Shown here: piece by piece, positions 29,524-40,069 of the stretch | Position numbering within the stretch: the stretch's first letter is position 1 | How the letters are laid out: the number at the start of each line of letters is the position of its first letter | DNA from: Thermodesulfobacteriota bacterium | GTDB lineage: Bacteria > Desulfobacterota_D > UBA1144 > Nemesobacterales > UBA2774 | Length of the DNA stretch: 64,000 nucleotides | Direction of reading: 5' to 3' | Assembly: GCA_965223335.1 (NCBI GenBank) | Contig: OZ244991.1 | Span: 1,120,001 to 1,184,000, forward strand | Program-made: the position numbers and the translations under genes | Notes under the pieces: model-generated | Databases searched by the model: none | What the model was told of the DNA's origin: nothing | What the model saw: only the letters and a program-made list of their open reading frames with translations

Positions 29524-30747
29524 ATGTCTAGGATTGAAGGAAAGAACATATTACTGGGCGTAGCAGGCGGGATAGCCGCCTACAAATCCTGTGAGTTGCT
29601 ACGAACAATTACAAAGGAAGGCGGGAATGTAAACGTAGTTATGACTAAAGGAGCAACTAAGTTTGTGTCTGCTCTTACATTTCAAACTCTTTCCGGTAAC
29701 AGGGTATCAACCGAACTATTCGATGAACTGAGAGAGAGCGAGATAAGCCATATAGCTCTTGCCGACAGTGCCGACATCATTGTCGTTGCTCCCGCTACTG
29801 CAAATATAATAGCAGGCATAGCAGGGGGGTTCGCCGATAATCTGTTAACAACCGTAATCATGGCATCTCAGTGTCCCGTATTAATATGTCCGTCTATGAA
29901 TGTCAACATGTATGAGAACCCTGCGGTGCAGCACAACCTAGACATACTCAAGCAAAGGGGTTATTCGGTTCTTGAACCCGATGAAGGCTACTTGGCATGT
30001 GGCTGGGAAGGTAAGGGCCGACTGCCCGATGTTTCTGTAATCTTACATGCTATAGAATCTTTGCTTGCAGAGAACGATTTGCAGGGCGAGAAAATGATAG
30101 TCACTGCTGGTGCTACAAGGGAGTATATCGACCCCGTTCGATTCATCTCTAATCCCTCCACAGGCAAAATGGGCTATGCGCTTGCCTCCGAGGGGTCTAG
30201 GAGGGGTGCCGATGTGTTACTTATCTCAGGCAAGTCCAGTCTCGCACCACCCCCAGGAGTACGTACGGTTAATGTGGTTAGCGCTGCCGAGATGCATAAG
30301 GCTGTTATTGATAACATAGGGTGGTCTTCGATTGTGATCAAAGCGGCTGCTGTAGGAGATTATAGACCGTCCCGGGTATCTAGCGGGAAAATAAAAAAAG
30401 AAAACGGTAAATTGACAATTAACCTAGAGCGTACGACCGATATACTGTCCGAGATATCTGAGCACAATCAGGATGTGTTTGTTGTGGGGTTTGCTGCAGA
30501 GACCGAGAACCTGGTTGAAAATGCGAAAAAAAAGCTAATTGATAAAAAAGCAGATATGATAGTTGCGAATGATGTATCAATGAAAGGTGCCGGTTTTGAA
30601 GTCGATACAAATATTGTTTATATAGTATCTGAGAGTGGTGTAATGGAAGTACCGATTCAGACTAAAAAAAGATTGGCGAAATTAATTTGCGACGAGGTAG
30701 TTAAACTCAAACACCCTTCTGATTATCCTTCCCCCCGCCCTCATTAA
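29524..30747 (+). CDS. coaBC: Phosphopantothenoylcysteine decarboxylase/synthetase
   Basis: GGIAAYK, APATAN, PSMNVNM, LACGWEGKGR, DPVRFISNPSTGKMG, GFAAET. Confidence 0.96.
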   Translation: MSRIEGKNILLGVAGGIAAYKSCELLRTITKEGGNVNVVMTKGATKFVSALTFQTLSGNRVSTELFDELRESEISHIALADSADIIVVAPATANIIAGIAGGFADNLLTTVIMASQCPVLICPSMNVNMYENPAVQHNLDILKQRGYSVLEPDEGYLACGWEGKGRLPDVSVILHAIESLLAENDLQGEKMIVTAGATREYIDPVRFISNPSTGKMGYALASEGSRRGADVLLISGKSSLAPPPGVRTVNVVSAAEMHKAVIDNIGWSSIVIKAAAVGDYRPSRVSSGKIKKENGKLTINLERTTDILSEISEHNQDVFVVGFAAETENLVENAKKKLIDKKADMIVANDVSMKGAGFEVDTNIVYIVSESGVMEVPIQTKKRLAKLICDEVVKLKHPSDYPSPRPH

Positions 30748-31111
30748 ACATGTCTAATATCATATTTACCTTGTGTACTATTTCATCTGCTGAACTGCCT
30801 TTCGTAATGTAACCGATAGCTCCGATTTCCAAACACTCTTTCATCTTATTAATTTCCGACACAGCCGTGAGCATTAGCACTGGTATCTTCTTTAATTTTG
30901 GGTCCTCTTTAAGGATCTTCAATACCTCGATGCCGTTTAAGTTCGGCATTAGAATATCAAGGATAATTACATCCGGTTTTGATTGTGTTAGTTTTACAAG
31001 CGCATCACCGCCGTCGTTAGCGGTTTCGACCTCGTAGTTTCTGGACATAAGGTTTTTGCGATAGAGTTCTCTAAGTGATTCTTCGTCTTCTATCAATAAG
31101 ATCTTAGCCAT
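30707..31111 (-). CDS. Single-domain response regulator (CheY-like receiver)
   Basis: ILLIEDE, ILDILMP, MLTA, YITK; AGGAG RBS. Confidence 0.9.
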   Translation of the reverse strand: MAKILLIEDEESLRELYRKNLMSRNYEVETANDGGDALVKLTQSKPDVIILDILMPNLNGIEVLKILKEDPKLKKIPVLMLTAVSEINKMKECLEIGAIGYITKGSSADEIVHKVNMILDMFNEGGGKDNQKGV

Positions 31112-31233
31112 AAATACGCTCCTTTAGTAATGCTTACATATATTCTATTTTAGTGTGTTATATCTGCTTATATTAATACATATTAACCAACAAATACACC
31201 ATCACCTACTCGTAACTATACACCTACTATTAG

Positions 31234-31249
31234 TGCATATGACATACCA
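31234..31249 (-). promoter_or_regulatory. Possible sigma54 promoter of the receiver-domain gene
   Basis: Minus strand TGGTATGTCATATGCA (GG-N10-GC) ~120 bp upstream of 31111; two deviations from consensus. Confidence 0.35.
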
Positions 31250-31444
31250 ATTGCCTATCTGCGATGTAACCAGCTTATATTACAGAAATAATTTTTATAT
31301 TATTTAGTGGTAATATGGCGGGTTAATAGTTTTGTCTATAGATATTAAACATATCAATGACAAAATGCTTCAAAAGCAGAAAAGCCCTCAGATTCATTTG
31401 TAGGTAGCAGTAAGCCGTTGAAAAGCCTCAAAATAGTGCAATAT

Positions 31445-31470
31445 CTGGGGCACAATCCTTAGTGCCCCAG
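31445..31470 (-). terminator. Hairpin downstream of hup, probable terminator
   Basis: CTGGGGCAC-N8-GTGCCCCAG perfect 9 bp stem 70 bp after the hup stop; weak U-tract. Confidence 0.5.
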
Positions 31471-31540
31471 AGGATGTTGTCAACTTAATGGTGTTTGTGT
31501 ACTTAGGTTTTCCCGCTTTCGAGATAGACCTGAGTGCGGG

Positions 31541-31831
31541 TTAACTTAGTATTGAGTCCTTAGCAGCTTTTGCTACTCTAAACTTAACTACTCTCTTTGC
31601 AGGAATCTGTATAGTTTCCCCAGTCGCAGGGTTTCTGCCCGTTCTTGCCTTGCGATTATCGAGGACTAGTTTACCTAAACCAGGTAATGTGAACTGACCA
31701 TTTGTTTTAGCTTCCTTGTAAGCTACGGCTGCGAGTTCGTCGAGTATTTCGGTAGCAGCCTTTTTTGTGATACCTGCTGAATCAGCTATATGGGCTGATA
31801 ACTGGGATTTGGTCATAGGTTTGTTCGCCAT
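31541..31831 (-). CDS. hup: HU-family DNA-binding protein
   Basis: MTKSQL, LPGLGKL, RKARTGRNPATGETIQIPAK..VKFR. Confidence 0.94.
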   Translation of the reverse strand: MANKPMTKSQLSAHIADSAGITKKAATEILDELAAVAYKEAKTNGQFTLPGLGKLVLDNRKARTGRNPATGETIQIPAKRVVKFRVAKAAKDSILS

Positions 31832-32109
31832 TTCCCCTCCTTTGTTACGGATTTTTTGTCAGTATTACAGAAAATGCTGTAAAAATCAATATTTTATATT
31901 TAGAAGATAATAATTGTAATTTATTGTTCTATATATCCACATACATCAATCGCGTAGATTAACAAGACACTGTAAACTATACTGTATATCGAATTGTATC
32001 ACAAAACACGGATTCAAGAAACGAGTGTTTGTAATTATTGAGATCCACCAAAGAGCGTTAATGAAAATCTATGCTAGAATTAATGTAGAGGAACGAGGTT
32101 TCATTGCGG

Positions 32110-33237
32110 ATGTCTATGCTTAAGAGAAATGAAAGAAAACGCTGGTTATGGTTCTTGGGGTTTGTGGGTTTATTTCTCATCCTTATCATGGGTTTATACC
32201 TCCGCATGATGTCTGTAAGGACTGCTGCGTTCCAGGCAGATACACAGGAAACTGTCACACCTGTCAGAGTTCAGGAGACTCAACTAACCGAGGTTTGGCG
32301 CACCACAAGTTTTTTAGCGCGTGTTGAGGGCGGGCAGGCCATACAGGTCCGGGCCGATGTAGGCGGGTGGGTCGATGAGATCAAGGTTGTCCTTGGCGAG
32401 GAAGTAGGGAAGGGCCAACCACTCATAGTGCTCACGGACGATCGCAAGTTCTTTAGACTCAAAGAAGCCGAGGGCCGTCTAAAATCCGCCCGCGCAAATT
32501 TGACCGAAACCAAACGTAAATACGACCAGGCACTTACACTTGTAGAAAAGGGTATTATTGCCCGTGACACACTATCGTCTCTTGCAAATCAGGTAACGGC
32601 AGAGTCTTCCAATGTAGACTCGCTAGAGGCCACATACAATCTCATGAAATGGGATGTTGAGAACCTGAGTGTGACCTCTCCTATCGAGGGTCAGGTAGTG
32701 GATGTTGTCCCTGATATAGGGCAGGAGGTTGTAAAGGGCGACCTGCTCGTGAAAATGGTAAGTAGAAAAAACGAAAAAGTGGTGGTAGGTCTTGAACCCC
32801 GGTGGGCGCGTTTACTCAAACCCGGGGTAACAGTGCAACTTAGTCGCACCGAGGACCAGAGAGTTGAGGAGACGCAGGGCGTGATACTGGGTGTAAGCCC
32901 TGAGATAGATTCCAACTCGGGCACATATAAGGTAGAGGCACGTATAGTGGACAACAAATACAACTGGTGGCCCGGCGAGGTCGTTAGTATGCGTATACCT
33001 GTAGAACTCTTAAAAGACGTGGTCACTGTCCCCAGATCGGCAGTGTTATCCGACAACAAGGATCTATTCGTGTTTGTGTATCAGGACGGCAAGGCACTTA
33101 AAGTCCCGGTTAACGTCACATGGATAAACGACAACCAGGGCAGCATCCCCGTAGATATGCTACCGCACAACGGTAAGATAATAGTAGAAGGACATGTTGG
33201 GCTTGCAGGAGGACAGCTCGTACGTGTAGTAAACTGA
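32110..33237 (+). CDS. RND efflux periplasmic adaptor (membrane fusion protein)
   Basis: N-terminal TM anchor, lipoyl-like halves (VRADVGGWV...SPIEGQV), coiled hairpin, VPRSAV; precedes an RND permease. ATG 32110 follows GAGGT. Confidence 0.9.
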   Translation: MSMLKRNERKRWLWFLGFVGLFLILIMGLYLRMMSVRTAAFQADTQETVTPVRVQETQLTEVWRTTSFLARVEGGQAIQVRADVGGWVDEIKVVLGEEVGKGQPLIVLTDDRKFFRLKEAEGRLKSARANLTETKRKYDQALTLVEKGIIARDTLSSLANQVTAESSNVDSLEATYNLMKWDVENLSVTSPIEGQVVDVVPDIGQEVVKGDLLVKMVSRKNEKVVVGLEPRWARLLKPGVTVQLSRTEDQRVEETQGVILGVSPEIDSNSGTYKVEARIVDNKYNWWPGEVVSMRIPVELLKDVVTVPRSAVLSDNKDLFVFVYQDGKALKVPVNVTWINDNQGSIPVDMLPHNGKIIVEGHVGLAGGQLVRVVN

Positions 33238-33252
33238 CGGTGTCTATCTCCT

Positions 33253-36200
33253 ATGCACATAGCCGAGTTTTCTGTAAAGAATCCCGTATTGGTAAACCTT
33301 CTCATGGTTGCTATTCTGATAATAGGGATTCTATCCGCTTTAAGATTACCGCTTGAACTATTCCCGTCTATAAAACTCGAAGTCGTTAGTGTTACCACTA
33401 TTTTCCCCGGTGCTACCGCCGAGGATATTGAAAAGCTCATCAGCATTCCCATAGAGGACGAGATCAACGACCTGGGCGAGGTCAAGGTTGTGAGATCCGT
33501 GTCTTCCGAGGGCCGCTCTTTTGTCGTGGCAGAGCTCTATGCCGGGGAAGACACAAAATTGGTCGCACAAGACATACGTTCCGAGGTCGCCAAGATCCGT
33601 GACGAACTGCCCCAGGATGCCGAAGAGCCCATAGTGCAGGAGTTCGATGCCAGCTTCCCGCTTATAAGCGTGGCTCTCTCGGGTGATGTCTCTAAAGAAA
33701 CGCTTCGCAATTACGCTATAGAGCTTAGAGACGATTTAAAGCTCATCACCGGTGTCGACAACGTTCTTGCATCCGGGCTTGGGGACCCGACCTTTTGGGT
33801 CTATATCGATCCACTTAAACTCCGGCAGTACGATGTGAGTCTCGAGCAGATATCTAATGCCATTAAACAAAAAAACCTCGACCTCCCCGCAGGAGCAATC
33901 GGGCAGGGGGATTCTGAGTTCTTGGTGCGTACAACGGGGCGGATCCAAGAGGTTGGTGATCTGCTCAACATCCCGGTCCGTCAAAACCCCCAGGGCCGCC
34001 ACATTCTCCTCAGAGATGTGGCTAATGTTGAAAAGGGAGAGCAGCGGACACGCACGATCTCAAGGATTGACGGCAAGCCGGGCATAAATTTCTGGATCAA
34101 TAAGCAAAAGGATATCGATGCCATAGAAACTGTGGCCGATATTCAAGATACCGTAGAGAGTTTCAGGAAACAGATCCCCGAGAGCATTGATATTCAGATT
34201 ACAAACGACACATCTTACTGGGTAGAGCAGAGGTTTAAAACCATGGTAAACAGCGGGCTCATCGGTATAGTAGCCGTGTTGATTATTTTGGCTCTGTTCC
34301 TCGATTTCCGTTCGGCCCTTATGGCGGCCATAGGGCTTCCGGTCTCGTTTTTCGGGGCTTTTATCATTATGCAGTTCACAGGGATAAGTCTAAACGTGCT
34401 ATCTATGTTCGGGCTTATATTGGTGCTAGGGATCATAGTGGACGATGCAATTATTGTTGCTGAGAACATACAGCGCTATCTACAGCTCGGGCATAACCCC
34501 CGCGAGGCTGCTATTAAGGGTACTCAAGAGGTTGCGCTCCCTGTCATCGCGACCATACTCACTAATATCGCTTCTTTTTTACCCCTCCTAATTGCCACGG
34601 GGCTCATAGGTAAGTTTATTTCGATTATCCCCAAAGTTGCCATATATGCGCTATTGGTATCACTCATCGAAGCGCTTGTGATTTTGCCCTCGCACTGCGC
34701 CGATTTTCTTAAACCCCATCCCCCTGGCAAGCCTGCTCGGAGTTGGGTCAATAAAGTCAGGTACTACTACATGAAGTCGCTTTCATTTACCTTAAGACAC
34801 AGGTATATCACGGTGCTCACGTTTATACTGATTCTTTTGGCTGCGTCAGTTGTGTTTGTCAAAACCCCGCGCATGCTCTTTTATACCCAGGACATCGCAC
34901 AGTTTCAGATCAGGGTAGAGAACCCTACATGGTCTAGTGTGCAGACCACTGCAGATTCCGTAGCAAAGGTTGAGGGTATTGTCCAAGAAACCATATCCGA
35001 CAATGCGCTTAAGAATGTGCTCTCTATGGTGGGGATCGACCTCACCCGCCAAGAGGTCGAGTTCGGGGATCATATTGCTACAGTAGTGGTGGAGTTTGAG
35101 GACTTTGAGGTAAGGGATGCCCAGACCGAGAACGGCAAGGATTTTATGAACAAGGTTCGCAGGGGCATAGAATCCGAGGTTGTAGGCCCTCTTAGGGTAG
35201 ACGTGGTACAGAACAGCGGACCCCCCACCGGGAAGCCCGTAGATATACGTATTCAGGGCGGGGATTTCGAGAGCCTAAAGCAGTTAGCACTGGATACAGA
35301 AGAATATTTGTTAGGGATACCCGGGGTGTTTGGGGTATCTGACGACCTGGTATGGGGTAAGCCCGAGCTAAGGCTTCGGGTGAATGAAGAGAAGGCCGCG
35401 ATTTATGGGCTCGATACCGTTTCAATTGCCAGATCGATCCGTGCGGCAATCGAAGGGCTTACGGTATCACAGACAAGGCTCGATAGAGAAGAGGCTGATA
35501 TAATTCTCAAGTATAATCTACCCGAAGGTGACCTTGTCACGCTCCTTAGATCATATCAGATCAAATCCCCCACGGGCGGGTGGGTCCCTCTCGACAGTGT
35601 TGTGGATATGGATGTGGGTCCCAGCATGCTAAGCATTGCGCGCTATGATTTGAAGCGCTCAGCCAGGGTTACTGCTGAGATTGACGAACAAATCACCACC
35701 GCACAAGAGGTAAACTCGGGCCTCTCGGCGTTTTTAGACCGCACATTACAGGATTATGCAGGTTACGGTTATGTGTTCGGGGGCGAGGAGGAGCAGACAA
35801 GGGAGTCCCTCGAGAGCATACAGAGTGCTGCTATTATAGCAGTACTTCTCATATACGTAATCCTTGCCAGTATGCTCAAATCCTACACACAGCCGCTTCT
35901 TATTATGGTAGTGCTTCCCTTTGCAATTATAGGTGTAGTGGTCGGGGTATTGCTCCGGGGCGAGCCGCTTTCGCTGCCTGCACTTATCGGTACGGTAGCG
36001 TTGCTAGGGATTGTGGTTAACGACAGCCTTGTGCTCATGACCTTCATAAACCGGCGGTTTGCAAAGATGAACCGCGTGCTTGCGGTGTGTTTGTCTGCAA
36101 AACACAGGTTCAGGCCCATCATACTCACCACTGTAACCACGTTCGGGGGGCTTTTTTCATTGATGATTCAGTTTAGGGGCGAGGCGGCATTTCTGGCCCC

Positions 36201-36366
36201 TATGGCAGTAGCTCTTGGGTTCGGGCTTGTGTTTGCCACTTACATTACATTGGTGCTCATCCCCTGTCTTTACCTCATACTCGATGATACTAAGATATAC
36301 ATCCGCGGGATGTGGACTAGATGGCGTAAAGAGAGGGTCTTGAGTAAGGGTGCTCAGGTCTCGTGA
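33253..36366 (+). CDS. RND permease (AcrB/AcrD/AcrF family)
   Basis: 1037 aa; SEGRS, LGIIVDDAIIVAENI, GIVVNDSLVL, RFRPIILTTVTT. Confidence 0.95.
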   Translation: MHIAEFSVKNPVLVNLLMVAILIIGILSALRLPLELFPSIKLEVVSVTTIFPGATAEDIEKLISIPIEDEINDLGEVKVVRSVSSEGRSFVVAELYAGEDTKLVAQDIRSEVAKIRDELPQDAEEPIVQEFDASFPLISVALSGDVSKETLRNYAIELRDDLKLITGVDNVLASGLGDPTFWVYIDPLKLRQYDVSLEQISNAIKQKNLDLPAGAIGQGDSEFLVRTTGRIQEVGDLLNIPVRQNPQGRHILLRDVANVEKGEQRTRTISRIDGKPGINFWINKQKDIDAIETVADIQDTVESFRKQIPESIDIQITNDTSYWVEQRFKTMVNSGLIGIVAVLIILALFLDFRSALMAAIGLPVSFFGAFIIMQFTGISLNVLSMFGLILVLGIIVDDAIIVAENIQRYLQLGHNPREAAIKGTQEVALPVIATILTNIASFLPLLIATGLIGKFISIIPKVAIYALLVSLIEALVILPSHCADFLKPHPPGKPARSWVNKVRYYYMKSLSFTLRHRYITVLTFILILLAASVVFVKTPRMLFYTQDIAQFQIRVENPTWSSVQTTADSVAKVEGIVQETISDNALKNVLSMVGIDLTRQEVEFGDHIATVVVEFEDFEVRDAQTENGKDFMNKVRRGIESEVVGPLRVDVVQNSGPPTGKPVDIRIQGGDFESLKQLALDTEEYLLGIPGVFGVSDDLVWGKPELRLRVNEEKAAIYGLDTVSIARSIRAAIEGLTVSQTRLDREEADIILKYNLPEGDLVTLLRSYQIKSPTGGWVPLDSVVDMDVGPSMLSIARYDLKRSARVTAEIDEQITTAQEVNSGLSAFLDRTLQDYAGYGYVFGGEEEQTRESLESIQSAAIIAVLLIYVILASMLKSYTQPLLIMVVLPFAIIGVVVGVLLRGEPLSLPALIGTVALLGIVVNDSLVLMTFINRRFAKMNRVLAVCLSAKHRFRPIILTTVTTFGGLFSLMIQFRGEAAFLAPMAVALGFGLVFATYITLVLIPCLYLILDDTKIYIRGMWTRWRKERVLSKGAQVS

Positions 36367-36401
36367 GTTTAATAAGCTCTGGTCTCGTCATCTGAATTGT
36401 T

Positions 36402-36959
36402 TTAGGATTTTCTCTGCCACCAAAATACGGCCAAGAATATGGCTGCCCCGATAGGTAGTACAATCATCCAAAGTACCTGTTGGACAAACGCTGCACCCCC
36501 CACTACCGCACCCAGAACTACCCCTACTACCATAAAGCGCCAGTCAAAGTGCACCCCTGCCAGGAATGTAGCCAACGCCAGTGCCAAAAGTGTTGTGAGT
36601 GCAAACTGGTTATTGTCTATGCGCCCGGTGTTCTTGAACAGGAAATAGATCAATATTACTGCCGCCAGTAGGCCTACCCAGTGTAAAACCTGTGTACTCA
36701 CCACCCGCGATACCCCCTCCCCGCGCTTTCTGGCCTTGGACCAGCCCAGGTAAATACTCGTAGCACCAAACACGGGTACCATACAGACCCAGTACCAAAA
36801 CCCCACATTGGGCCTAAAGTTTGTAAGCCCTATCCCCACAGTGGAGAGTACCAGGAGTGTAAACAGCACTGCTTCTTCGGTCTGGAATTTTTTGGTTATG
36901 GATCTTTTCTCGGGTGGTGCGCTGCCAGCAACATTGCCTGGGTTACTGTCGATATTCAT
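36402..36959 (-). CDS. Hypothetical integral membrane protein (~6 TM)
   Basis: Likely ATG 36959 after GAGGAG; alternating hydrophobic helices with a QVLHW motif. Confidence 0.7.
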   Translation of the reverse strand: MNIDSNPGNVAGSAPPEKRSITKKFQTEEAVLFTLLVLSTVGIGLTNFRPNVGFWYWVCMVPVFGATSIYLGWSKARKRGEGVSRVVSTQVLHWVGLLAAVILIYFLFKNTGRIDNNQFALTTLLALALATFLAGVHFDWRFMVVGVVLGAVVGGAAFVQQVLWMIVLPIGAAIFLAVFWWQRKS

Positions 36960-37137
36960 GGTCTCGTCTCCTCGAATCCCCATTATATCACCTAACTCTT
37001 TTCTACACAAAGCACTGCGAAGGCACTTAATTCGAGTCTCACGGTCAAGCCTCGGCCCCAAGCCCTAACACTCCGTTATTAATTGTTTTATTAGGTTTTA
37101 ATAGGCCTTGGAGCCAGGCAATCGGACTAAAATATTG

Positions 37138-37166
37138 TTGACTTTTGATCTCGTAAGATGTATAAA
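37138..37166 (+). promoter_or_regulatory. Possible sigma70 promoter of the methyltransferase gene
   Basis: TTGACT-N17-TATAAA. Confidence 0.45.
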
Positions 37167-37238
37167 TTTGCGTACTTTTACAGTAATCCGAGGTACTGTC
37201 TCCACGGACATCTCCACCACAATATGGGATACTGGTAA

Positions 37239-37853
37239 ATGAGAAGACAAGAGATAAGCGCTGATACTGATTTACAACTAAATCTCGATTTTATTAAAGA
37301 GTTCATATTCCATCCCACAAAAACTGGTGCTGTAGCACCTTCAAGTGAGCTACTTGCCGATTTTATGACCGATGTAGCGGAGCTCTCCGAGACCAACACA
37401 GTCATAGAGTTTGGGTCCGGCACCGGTGTGATAACAGAAAAAATCATTGATAAGCTTAACGACAACACTACTTTTTTTGCACTCGAAATAAATCCGACGT
37501 TTGTAGAGGCTACAAAGACACGATGCCCCGATGCCTTGGTGTATCAATCCTCGGCCACCAATGTGAAACAGCTCATGGACCTTCATGACACTCATGGCTG
37601 CGACAGGATAATAAGCAGTCTGCCATGGGCCATATTTAATTCTGAGCTGCAGGATTCTCTACTCGACACGATCTATGAGGTGCTTCATCCCGGCGGCAAG
37701 TTTCTTACCTATTCATACTGGCACGCGTTGCCGTTTCCCACCTCAAGACGATTCCGCTCTAAGCTGTACAAAAAATTTAACAATGTAACCAGGACCAAAA
37801 CGGTTTGGAATAATTTCCCCCCCGCAGTTATTTACTGTGCCGAAAAGGTTTAA
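37239..37853 (+). CDS. SAM-dependent methyltransferase, PmtA (phospholipid N-methyltransferase)-like
   Basis: TGAVAPSS, IEFGSGTGVIT, LEINPTF, IISSLPW, VWNNFPPA. Confidence 0.8.
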   Translation: MRRQEISADTDLQLNLDFIKEFIFHPTKTGAVAPSSELLADFMTDVAELSETNTVIEFGSGTGVITEKIIDKLNDNTTFFALEINPTFVEATKTRCPDALVYQSSATNVKQLMDLHDTHGCDRIISSLPWAIFNSELQDSLLDTIYEVLHPGGKFLTYSYWHALPFPTSRRFRSKLYKKFNNVTRTKTVWNNFPPAVIYCAEKV

Positions 37854-37984
37854 CCCTCCCTCCCCCCACTCAAAGAATCTTGGGTTTGCAAAATACACAT
37901 CCAGCACAAATATTTTGGATTAATAACATTGAGTAGATTTTATATCTGGGTATAGTTTAGTTGTTTTTTTAGGTTTGGCGTACT

Positions 37985-38623
37985 ATGGAACTCGAAGAAC
38001 TCCTTAGAGACAGAAGATTCGAAAAGGGTGAGCAAAAACTGCAAAAGGCCCTGGAGATTGCCGAGACTGAGTGGGGCAAGATTGCCCAGTCCCTCGAGCT
38101 TGCCGGTGATATAGGCGGGTTTCGCAAAGAGGATTTCATGATAGGGGATATAGAGGAGGATGTAATTATTAGAGCCCCTCTAGAGAGCCCTACAAAGTCG
38201 GTTTCCGTGTACGCACCGTCTTTTTACCCTATGTATTTCGTCGAGAACCTCCTTATGATGGACCAGAGATTTGGGGAGAGGGGATACTCCACACCCGAGG
38301 CCCTCTACTCATATATAGAGCTCGCAACGAAAGCAGTCGAGCGACTGGGGCTAAAGGGCTCTTTCTCTATGGCATTCGCGGTGGGCTACGGCTATGTGAG
38401 GACTGGTTGGCTTGCCGAGAAGGGCTACCCCGAAGAGCGTTTGATATTCTCCAAGATGTTTTTTAAGGGTATGAGTAAACGCCACGATTGGGATTTTTAC
38501 TTCACTTCGGCAAAACAAAGGTTAAGCGAGATTCTGAGTCTGTTTATGGAGTGGCAGAATGACGAGAGCCTCTACCGTAAGGATGTTAAGTCAAAATCCA
38601 GAGTTAAAGCGATGATGGTCTGA
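37985..38623 (+). CDS. Hypothetical soluble protein
   Basis: 212 aa ORF filling the gap before the convergent dnaB; no motif recognised. Confidence 0.7.
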   Translation: MELEELLRDRRFEKGEQKLQKALEIAETEWGKIAQSLELAGDIGGFRKEDFMIGDIEEDVIIRAPLESPTKSVSVYAPSFYPMYFVENLLMMDQRFGERGYSTPEALYSYIELATKAVERLGLKGSFSMAFAVGYGYVRTGWLAEKGYPEERLIFSKMFFKGMSKRHDWDFYFTSAKQRLSEILSLFMEWQNDESLYRKDVKSKSRVKAMMV

Positions 38624-38631
38624 ACATAGGC

Positions 38632-39984
38632 CTATAACTCTTCTTCATACTCCTCGGCCAGGTTCTCAAAGCTGGGGACCCCGAGCCTGTCTAAAAACGC
38701 AAGCTTAATACTACCCGTAGGGCCGTTTCTCTGTTTCCCGATTATTATCTCTGCTATGCCGTCTTTCTCGTCTTCATTTTTTTTGTACACATCGGCGCGG
38801 TGTATAAACAGCACCACATCGGCGTCTTGCTCTATGGCGCCGCTCTCTCTTAGGTCGGCAAGCTGTGGGCGGCGGTCCGATCGGGCCTCGGTCTGGCGGC
38901 TAAGCTGCGATACCGCGATCACGGGCACTCCCAGTTCCTTGGCCAGCGCTTTTAACGAGCCCGAGATCTCGGCAATCTCACGCTCTCTGGTCTCGGTCCT
39001 AGAGCTTCCCCTCATAAGCTGTAGGTAATCCACAATGATAAGGTCAAGGCCCTTGTCTTTTTTCTGCCTCCTCGCCTTGGCTCTTATCTCCAGCACCGTC
39101 ATAGCGGGGGTGTCGTCTATGTATATACTTGCCTGGCTGAACTCGTCTGCGGCTCTGACCAGCTTTTCCAGGTCCTCATCCCTTATGTAACCGCTTCTAA
39201 TATTCGAGTAATTTACTTTAGCCCTTATCGACAGCATTCTAAGCATTAACTGCTCTTTGGTCATCTCGAGTGAGAATATTCCTATTTTTTTGCCGTATGA
39301 GATCGAAGCGTATGTGGCTAGGTTTAGACACAGCGAGGTCTTCCCAAGCCCCGGGCGCGCCGCCACTATGACCAAGTCCGAGGGTTGCAGGCCTGAAGTC
39401 AGATAGTCCAGTTTCTCGTACCCAGTGGGCAGCCCTGTTATGAGCTTTTTTTCTTTGTGTAGGTGCTCGATTATCTCTAGGGCTTTCGAGGCCAGTTCGC
39501 GCGACTCGTAGAACCCGGGTTTAACCTTGTTCTGCGAGATGTCCATTATGGTGTGTTCCGCTCGGTCCAAAAACTCGTCTACGTCGATGTTCTCGCCGAA
39601 TCCGCGCTGCGCAATATCGGTTGTGGCCATAACGAGTTTTCTCAAAATAGCTTTCTCTTTAACGAGTTTTGCGTAGTAAGACACATTCTCCGTGGTAGGC
39701 ACGATCTCGGTCAGGTAAGCCAGGTAGCTGCTCTCGCCCACCTCCTCGAGTGTGTTTCCGTTGCCCTTTAGCTGATCAAAAAGGGTGAGCAGGTCGATGG
39801 GTTTGTTGTCCCGGTCGAGGTCGATCATGGCATTAAAAATCGTGCGGTGTGCCTCGTTATGAAAGTCCTCGGGGTGGAGCACCTCAAGCACCTGGTTAAT
39901 CACGGTGCTCTCAATCAGTATAGAGCCCAACACTGCCTGTTCGGCTTCTATGTTCTGGGGAAGCGGTTTAGAAAATGATTCCAT
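38632..39984 (-). CDS. dnaB: Replicative DNA helicase
   Basis: PQNIEAEQAVLG, AARPGLGKT, FSLEM, IVDYLQLM, DLRESGAIEQDAD, KQRNGPTG; no intein. Confidence 0.97.
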   Translation of the reverse strand: MESFSKPLPQNIEAEQAVLGSILIESTVINQVLEVLHPEDFHNEAHRTIFNAMIDLDRDNKPIDLLTLFDQLKGNGNTLEEVGESSYLAYLTEIVPTTENVSYYAKLVKEKAILRKLVMATTDIAQRGFGENIDVDEFLDRAEHTIMDISQNKVKPGFYESRELASKALEIIEHLHKEKKLITGLPTGYEKLDYLTSGLQPSDLVIVAARPGLGKTSLCLNLATYASISYGKKIGIFSLEMTKEQLMLRMLSIRAKVNYSNIRSGYIRDEDLEKLVRAADEFSQASIYIDDTPAMTVLEIRAKARRQKKDKGLDLIIVDYLQLMRGSSRTETREREIAEISGSLKALAKELGVPVIAVSQLSRQTEARSDRRPQLADLRESGAIEQDADVVLFIHRADVYKKNEDEKDGIAEIIIGKQRNGPTGSIKLAFLDRLGVPSFENLAEEYEEEL

Positions 39985-40069
39985 GGTTTTTTATTTTAAA
40001 TTAATGCTCACACCAATTTCAATATGCACGGTACCCATCTTCTAGGATTATACCCAGAATTTGCGCTCC

